Source: an uncultured Bacillota bacterium
Lineage (GTDB): Bacteria; Bacillota; DTU025; MWDF01
Direction: 5' to 3'
Assembly (NCBI GenBank): GCA_963823655.1
Contig: CAWGMK010000013.1
Coordinates: forward strand, 288,001 to 352,000
DNA length: 64,000 nucleotides
Every line of letters starts with the position of its first letter. The first letter of the stretch is position 1. The notes under the pieces are model-generated. The model was not told the origin of the DNA and did not search any database. It saw nothing but the letters and a program-made list of their open reading frames with translations. Below, piece after piece: positions 60,530-64,000 of the stretch. The position numbers and the translations under genes were made by a program.

Positions 60530-61087
60530 CTAGACCCTCTCCAGGTACTTGTTTGTCCTGGTATCGACCCTTACCTTCTCGCCCTGCTGGACGAAAAGGG
60601 GCACTTGTATGACGGCACCTGTCTCAAGCTTCGCAGGCTTAGTCCCGCCAGATGCGGTATCGCCCTTGAGGCCCGGATCAGATTCAACGATAACTAGCTC
60701 TACGAAGTTGGGAAGGTCTATGCCAACGACCTTGCCCTGGTAGAGCTGCACGGCCAATTCCATGTTCTCTTTTAGGTATTTAAGCGCATCGCCCAGTCTT
60801 TCCTCGGTAAGGCCGATCTGCTCGTAGTTCTCCTGGTCCATGAATATATACTGCCCGTCGCTTTCGTACAGGTACTGCATCCTCCTGAAATCGATCTGGG
60901 CTTTGGCAAGCTTCTCGCCTGCGTTGAATGCGTTTTCTATAGTGGAGCCTGATATGATGTTACGAAGCTTCACCCTGACGAATGCCGCGCCCTTGCCGGG
61001 CTTGACATGCTGGAAATCAATAACGGTCCAAATCCCGCCGTCCCATTCTACGGTAAGTCCTGTCCTGAGGTCATTAGTGGAAACCAT
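60530..61087 (-). CDS. efp: Elongation factor P
   Basis: HVKPGKGAAFVR, PGLKGDTA, KPAKLETG and VDTR. Confidence 0.97.
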   Translation of the reverse strand: MVSTNDLRTGLTVEWDGGIWTVIDFQHVKPGKGAAFVRVKLRNIISGSTIENAFNAGEKLAKAQIDFRRMQYLYESDGQYIFMDQENYEQIGLTEERLGDALKYLKENMELAVQLYQGKVVGIDLPNFVELVIVESDPGLKGDTASGGTKPAKLETGAVIQVPLFVQQGEKVRVDTRTNKYLERV

Positions 61088-61105
61088 GTGCAAAACCCTC
61101 CCGAA

Positions 61106-62167
61106 TTAAAGCTCAATCAAATGTTTGGGGGCCTTGTATAGCACTTCGGCCTCCCCAGCTGTGATGATGACCATATCCTCGATCCTCACGCCGCCCCAGC
61201 CCGGCAGATATATCCCAGGTTCCACTGACAGGACCATGCCCGGTACTATGTCTGTATCGTCGGTTACCGAGAAGCGCGGTTCCTCATGAATCTCCAGGCC
61301 GACCCCGTGTCCGGTTCCATGCCCGAAGTACTGCCCATATCCTTTAGATTCTATCACTTTCCTAGACTTACTGTCCACTTCCTTGCCCTTAATCCCGGCC
61401 CTTGCAGCCTTGATGCCCTCCAATTGCGCTTCAAGCACAATGGAGTATATTTCCTTCTGCTTTGCGTCTGCCTTACCTAGACAAACAGTCCTTGTCATAT
61501 CGGAGGTGTAGTAGTCGAAGAAGCCGCCGAAGTCCATGGTTACCAGCTCGCCCTTGTTCATCACCTTGTCCGATGCCCTGCCGTGCGGCAGCGCCCCTCT
61601 TTCGCCAGAGGCGACTATTGTACCGAAGGATGACCTCATGCCGTTTCTTATCATCCATATGTCTATCTCGGATGCCAGCTGGATTTCGGTCATCCCGGGC
61701 TTCAGGGTATCCAGTATGTGGTCGAAGAGCTTGTCGGTCAGCTTGCAGGATTTCCTTAGAGTGTCGAGCTCGGCCGCTTCCTTGACTACTCTGAGGCCCT
61801 CAACTGCACCTTTTACGGCTACCAGCTCGATGCCATCGGCACATGATTCGAACATGGAGAACTCCTCTACGCTCAAATCGGATGCCTCGAAGCCGAGCTT
61901 CTTAACCCCAAGCGCCTTTGCCTGGCCCATTATCTCCTTGTAATATGCGCCGGCCCCGTGCGTGATGACGTCAAAGCCTTTCGCCTGAGCGCCCGCCTGC
62001 TCCGTATACCTGAAGTCAGTAATAAGCTTCAAGCCGTCGGCAGATACCACAAGGGCGCCCGCCGAACCTGTAAAGCCGCTAAGATACATCCTGTTTACTC
62101 CCTTGGTTACCAGCATGCCGTCGATTTTCAGGCCCTTAAGCCTTTTCTGCAGCTTTTTCGATCTCAT
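61106..62167 (-). CDS. Xaa-Pro aminopeptidase (M24B)
   Basis: YLSGFTGS, PHG, SDMTRT, HGTGHGVGLEIHE, EPGIY and GVRIED. Confidence 0.93.
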   Translation of the reverse strand: MRSKKLQKRLKGLKIDGMLVTKGVNRMYLSGFTGSAGALVVSADGLKLITDFRYTEQAGAQAKGFDVITHGAGAYYKEIMGQAKALGVKKLGFEASDLSVEEFSMFESCADGIELVAVKGAVEGLRVVKEAAELDTLRKSCKLTDKLFDHILDTLKPGMTEIQLASEIDIWMIRNGMRSSFGTIVASGERGALPHGRASDKVMNKGELVTMDFGGFFDYYTSDMTRTVCLGKADAKQKEIYSIVLEAQLEGIKAARAGIKGKEVDSKSRKVIESKGYGQYFGHGTGHGVGLEIHEEPRFSVTDDTDIVPGMVLSVEPGIYLPGWGGVRIEDMVIITAGEAEVLYKAPKHLIEL

Positions 62168-62181
62168 AAGTGCCAACCTCC

Positions 62182-62217
62182 AAAAAATAAGTGGCCCTCA
62201 CCTTGATGAGGGCCACT
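62182..62217 (-). terminator. Terminator-like hairpin after the secretin gene
   Basis: AGTGGCCCTCA/TGAGGGCCACT stem followed on the - strand by TATTTTTT. Confidence 0.7.
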
Positions 62218-62230
62218 CCGGGTAATCGCT

Positions 62231-64000
62231 CTAGAGCACGGGGCCCTTGATTTCGACTATACCATCCTTGAGTCCTGTTGTCTGCCCCGGCTTGATTATC
62301 CACGCTGTAATCACGATGATGATCTCCTGGTCCTTGGTATCCGTGCCGCGCTTTGTGAACAGCTCCTTGATAAGAGGGATGTCGCCGAGTATCGGCACCT
62401 TGGTTATGGTCTCGATCTCCTCCTGGCTGAACAGGCCGCCGATTATCGCCGATTTGCCGTTCTTGACCGTGACTATAGTCTCAAGCTCCCTGGTCCTTAT
62501 CTGAGGGTAGTTCTGCGGCGTCCAGCCGATGATAGAGCTTATTATCGGCTTCACTTCTGCCGTTATGCTGCCGTCGTAGCTGACCTTAGGCAGTATGGTA
62601 AGCTCGATGCCGGCGTTGATGTACTCAACTGTGTTGACTACCTGTCCTTGATCGACGTTCTGCACAATGACTGGTATCCTGTCGCCGATCAGCATCCTGC
62701 CTGCCTTGCCGTCCACAGTATAGGTGTGCTGCTTGGATATCAGCTTGGCCTTGCCCTCATTGGCGAGAGCGGCAATCTTATTGTCGAAGTCCAGGCTCAC
62801 TGTTGCCAGCTGGGACAGCGTATTGTAGCCGAATACCAGCTTGTTGATCGTCCAATCGATGCCCAACCTCTTGGTAGCGTCACCCGACAGCTCGTAGAGG
62901 CTTGCTTCGAAGAACACCTGGGCGAGTTCCTGGTCCAGCTGATCGATGATTTCGACCAATTGAGCCTGCTCGCTGGCCTTGGCCGTGACGATTAGCGAGG
63001 AGGTCCTGGTATCGATCGAGACCTTGCCTGTGGTCACTTCGCCCAGTGCCGCCTTGAGGTCCGCGGGCTCGGCGTGGTTGAGCTTGTATACTCTTGTGAC
63101 CGATGCGTCTGCGTCCACCGATACCTGCGTTACGCTCTTTACATCAAGGGTGGCAATCACTTCTGCCGCCAGCTTCTGAATCTCGGGAACGGCCTTGATG
63201 ATAAGAGTTCCGCTCCTGTCGTCAGGCAACATCGAGCTTGCGGGAAGCAGTATGGTAAGCGCTGAGCTTATCTCAGTCGGAGAGGCATTGTTAAGCTTGT
63301 AGGTCTTGTATTCGGCAGAGCTCCGCCGAGACGTCCTCGGGCGACTTGATGTCGATGTCCAGCTTGGATATTACCTCTTCGATGAGTGCCAGCTCGCTTT
63401 CGGTGCCGTACACTATCATGCTGTTCGTTCTCTCAGCCACCTGAATTTTGGCAGAGGACGCTACCAGCTTCACCGGCGCTTCCATATCTTTTGCGCTGGC
63501 GTACTTGAGCTGGAAGAAGCCCAACCTGACAGGATCGCTAAGTAGAACTGCCGCTTGAGCGACCGGAACGTCCAAGGCCGAGATTATGGTCATAGCCTGG
63601 GATTTTAGCTCCGGTGTGACTATCAGCATAACCTTATTGGTGCGCTCGTTGATGGAGATCTTCGAAGCGGGAAGCAGTACTGACAGCGAGGCCCTTACAT
63701 CGGCAGCACTGGCGTTTGTAAGCTGTACGACTTCAAGGGTCTCTCTCACAGCCGCTGCCACGGCCCCTCTTTCAATAGGAGCTACATCAAGCTTGGCTAT
63801 GAGGCTTTCAATCATCTTGAGCTCCATGGAAGTCCCATATGCCGTTATGCTTGAAGTCGGGTCGGCCGCCTGGATCTTGGCTTCACCAGCTACCACTTTG
63901 ACGGAAGCTTCGATGTCAGAAGGCTTTACATTATATAGCTTGTAGAAGCCCATCGACACCGTCTCGGTAGTCTGGGCGACTTCTCCGTCGAGCCTTATGT
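62231..64000 (-). CDS. Secretin (GspD/PilQ family) with multiple Secretin_N repeats; 5' end outside the window, indel near 63320
   Basis: C-terminal secretin domain (LGIDW, IGDRIPV, GIELTILPKV, IIGGL, KVPILGDIPLIKELF) preceded by at least five ~60-aa N-domain repeats. Confidence 0.9.

Noticed and set aside
1-64000. CRISPR arrays, IS elements, rRNA, programmed frameshifting or alternative genetic code
   Set aside because: I saw no repeat-spacer arrays, transposases or rRNA. Gene breaks are frame changes at unrelated sequence contexts rather than in-frame stops or shared slippery sites.

Overview
Core-chromosome window from a GC-rich anaerobic Bacillota (Firmicutes). A secretin, ExbB/ExbD/TonB and an SLH-coiled-coil tether suggest a diderm envelope, and the sporulation genes usually found at these loci are absent. 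The window spans the replication terminus: genes run on + up to about 23.1 kb and almost all run on - after about 24.4 kb, and a 28-bp dif site lies at 23173-23200. Two further dif-like sites occur over the xerD promoter and next to tRNA-Trp. The left arm carries vorB/C, nudF, xerD, deoB, pdp, trpS, scpAB, ktrA, rluB, a three-gene minor-pilin cassette, cmk, plsC, transaldolase, ispH-rpsA, prsA, der, plsY, tandem mgtC genes, surE, pduL and yneA/lexA. The right arm carries four main blocks. These are (i) tRNAs, UDG, miaA, mutSL, miaB, dapLF; (ii) a stand-alone triheme cytochrome c; (iii) a long operon, pepP-efp-asp23-amaP-nusB-tsaD-like-xseAB-ispA-DUF212-OLE RNA-oapA-dxs-tlyA-nadK-argR-recN; and (iv) a partial secretin with at least five N-domain repeats. 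The operon continues directly into exbB-exbD-tonB, an Ig/cohesin-like secreted protein and an SLH-coiled-coil-TM protein, with no TonB-dependent receptor. This module is the best candidate for an undescribed system. About 20 genes, including dxs, lexA, miaA and mutS, are split by single-base indels that most likely reflect long-read sequencing error, so they are reported as joined CDSs.
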